Shown piece by piece: positions 63,819-64,000 of a DNA stretch of 64,000 nt. Numbering within the stretch: the stretch's first letter is position 1; every line of letters begins with the position of its first letter. The position numbers and the translations under genes were made by a program. Below the pieces are notes generated by a model. That model was not told the DNA's origin. It did not search any database and saw nothing but the letters and a program-made list of their open reading frames with translations. Source of the stretch: a virus; the IMG/VR virus record IMGVR_UViG_3300006903_000012, one strand, 5' to 3'.

Positions 63819-64000
63819 TCAAGAGCGAACACCTTCAATTGCCTTTTGAATCTCGCGGCTCATATCTGAGATACCCCAACCCGCAATATAGGCCATCGCC
63901 CATGACTCTGTACCAACTAAATTCTGAGCAACGAAAGGCATAATAAATAGATTGATAATGACAGACGCTACAGGACCGACAATATAATACCAATTCCAAG
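63819..64000 (-). CDS. Membrane protein, C-terminal part only (...WNWYYIVGPVASVIINLFIMPFVAQNLVGTESWAMAYIAGWGISDMSREIQKAIEGVRS*), runs off the window end
   Basis: Hand-translated open frame from 64000 down to the TGA at 63821-63819, with hydrophobic segments. Confidence 0.5.
   Translation of the reverse strand, partial: WNWYYIVGPVASVIINLFIMPFVAQNLVGTESWAMAYIAGWGISDMSREIQKAIEGVRS

Noticed and set aside
35427-64000. tRNA genes in the non-coding gaps (35427-35642, 62925-63210, 1084-1338, 4140-4326, element A and B flanks)
   Set aside because: Reading both strands by eye, I found no acceptor/T-arm combination with a GTTCRANYC-type T-loop; the closest, GGCGTTCGTAGC at about 63045, has the wrong loop and no cloverleaf. 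A tRNAscan-SE run would be the decisive check.

Overview
This window is a densely packed, strictly unidirectional segment of a large tailed-phage genome. Every credible gene is on the minus strand, RBSs are of the AAGGAG type, and GC looks moderately low by eye. In transcription order (high to low coordinates) it contains the following. (1) About 15 small early-type ORFs (64000-58685). (2) A head module built from giant modular ORFs. These are a 937-aa protein ending in an ADP-ribosyltransferase-like domain, a 327-aa HExxH protein, a 1689-aa portal-GNAT-MuF-2H-phosphoesterase fusion, a 1106-aa protein ending in a prohead protease, and an acidic scaffold. Together they carry 12 copies of a K-H-[LQF]-[PA]-G-x-H-[DN]-Q-x-x-H-[AG] motif. 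(3) A major capsid gene (43296-37634) that I read as 8 exons split by 7 related group I introns; three introns carry Vsr-like homing endonucleases and three carry small ORFs. It is followed by an HNH-bearing intron-like element and a ~750-nt ORF-less region with further degenerate ribozyme cores. One more intron core plus endonuclease abuts the portal ORF. (4) Small head-associated ORFs. (5) A ~15-kb glycan-biosynthesis island wedged between the capsid and connector genes, with 10 glycosyltransferases, 3 methyltransferases and 3 SDR sugar-nucleotide enzymes including a GDP-fucose-synthase-like one. (6) Siphovirus-type connector and tail genes: major tail protein, chaperones, a 936-aa tape measure, and PKD, BNR-propeller and fibre proteins. 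(7) A 536-nt purine-rich structured RNA closed by a 15-bp helix and followed by an intrinsic terminator (4133-3541). (8) More small ORFs. I recognised no tRNA, rRNA, CRISPR array, integrase or terminase. All plus-strand ORFs in the track look like antisense artefacts. Every splice junction, fold and domain call comes from manual reading and remembered family signatures, not from searches, so coordinates of RNA elements are approximate (a few nt).
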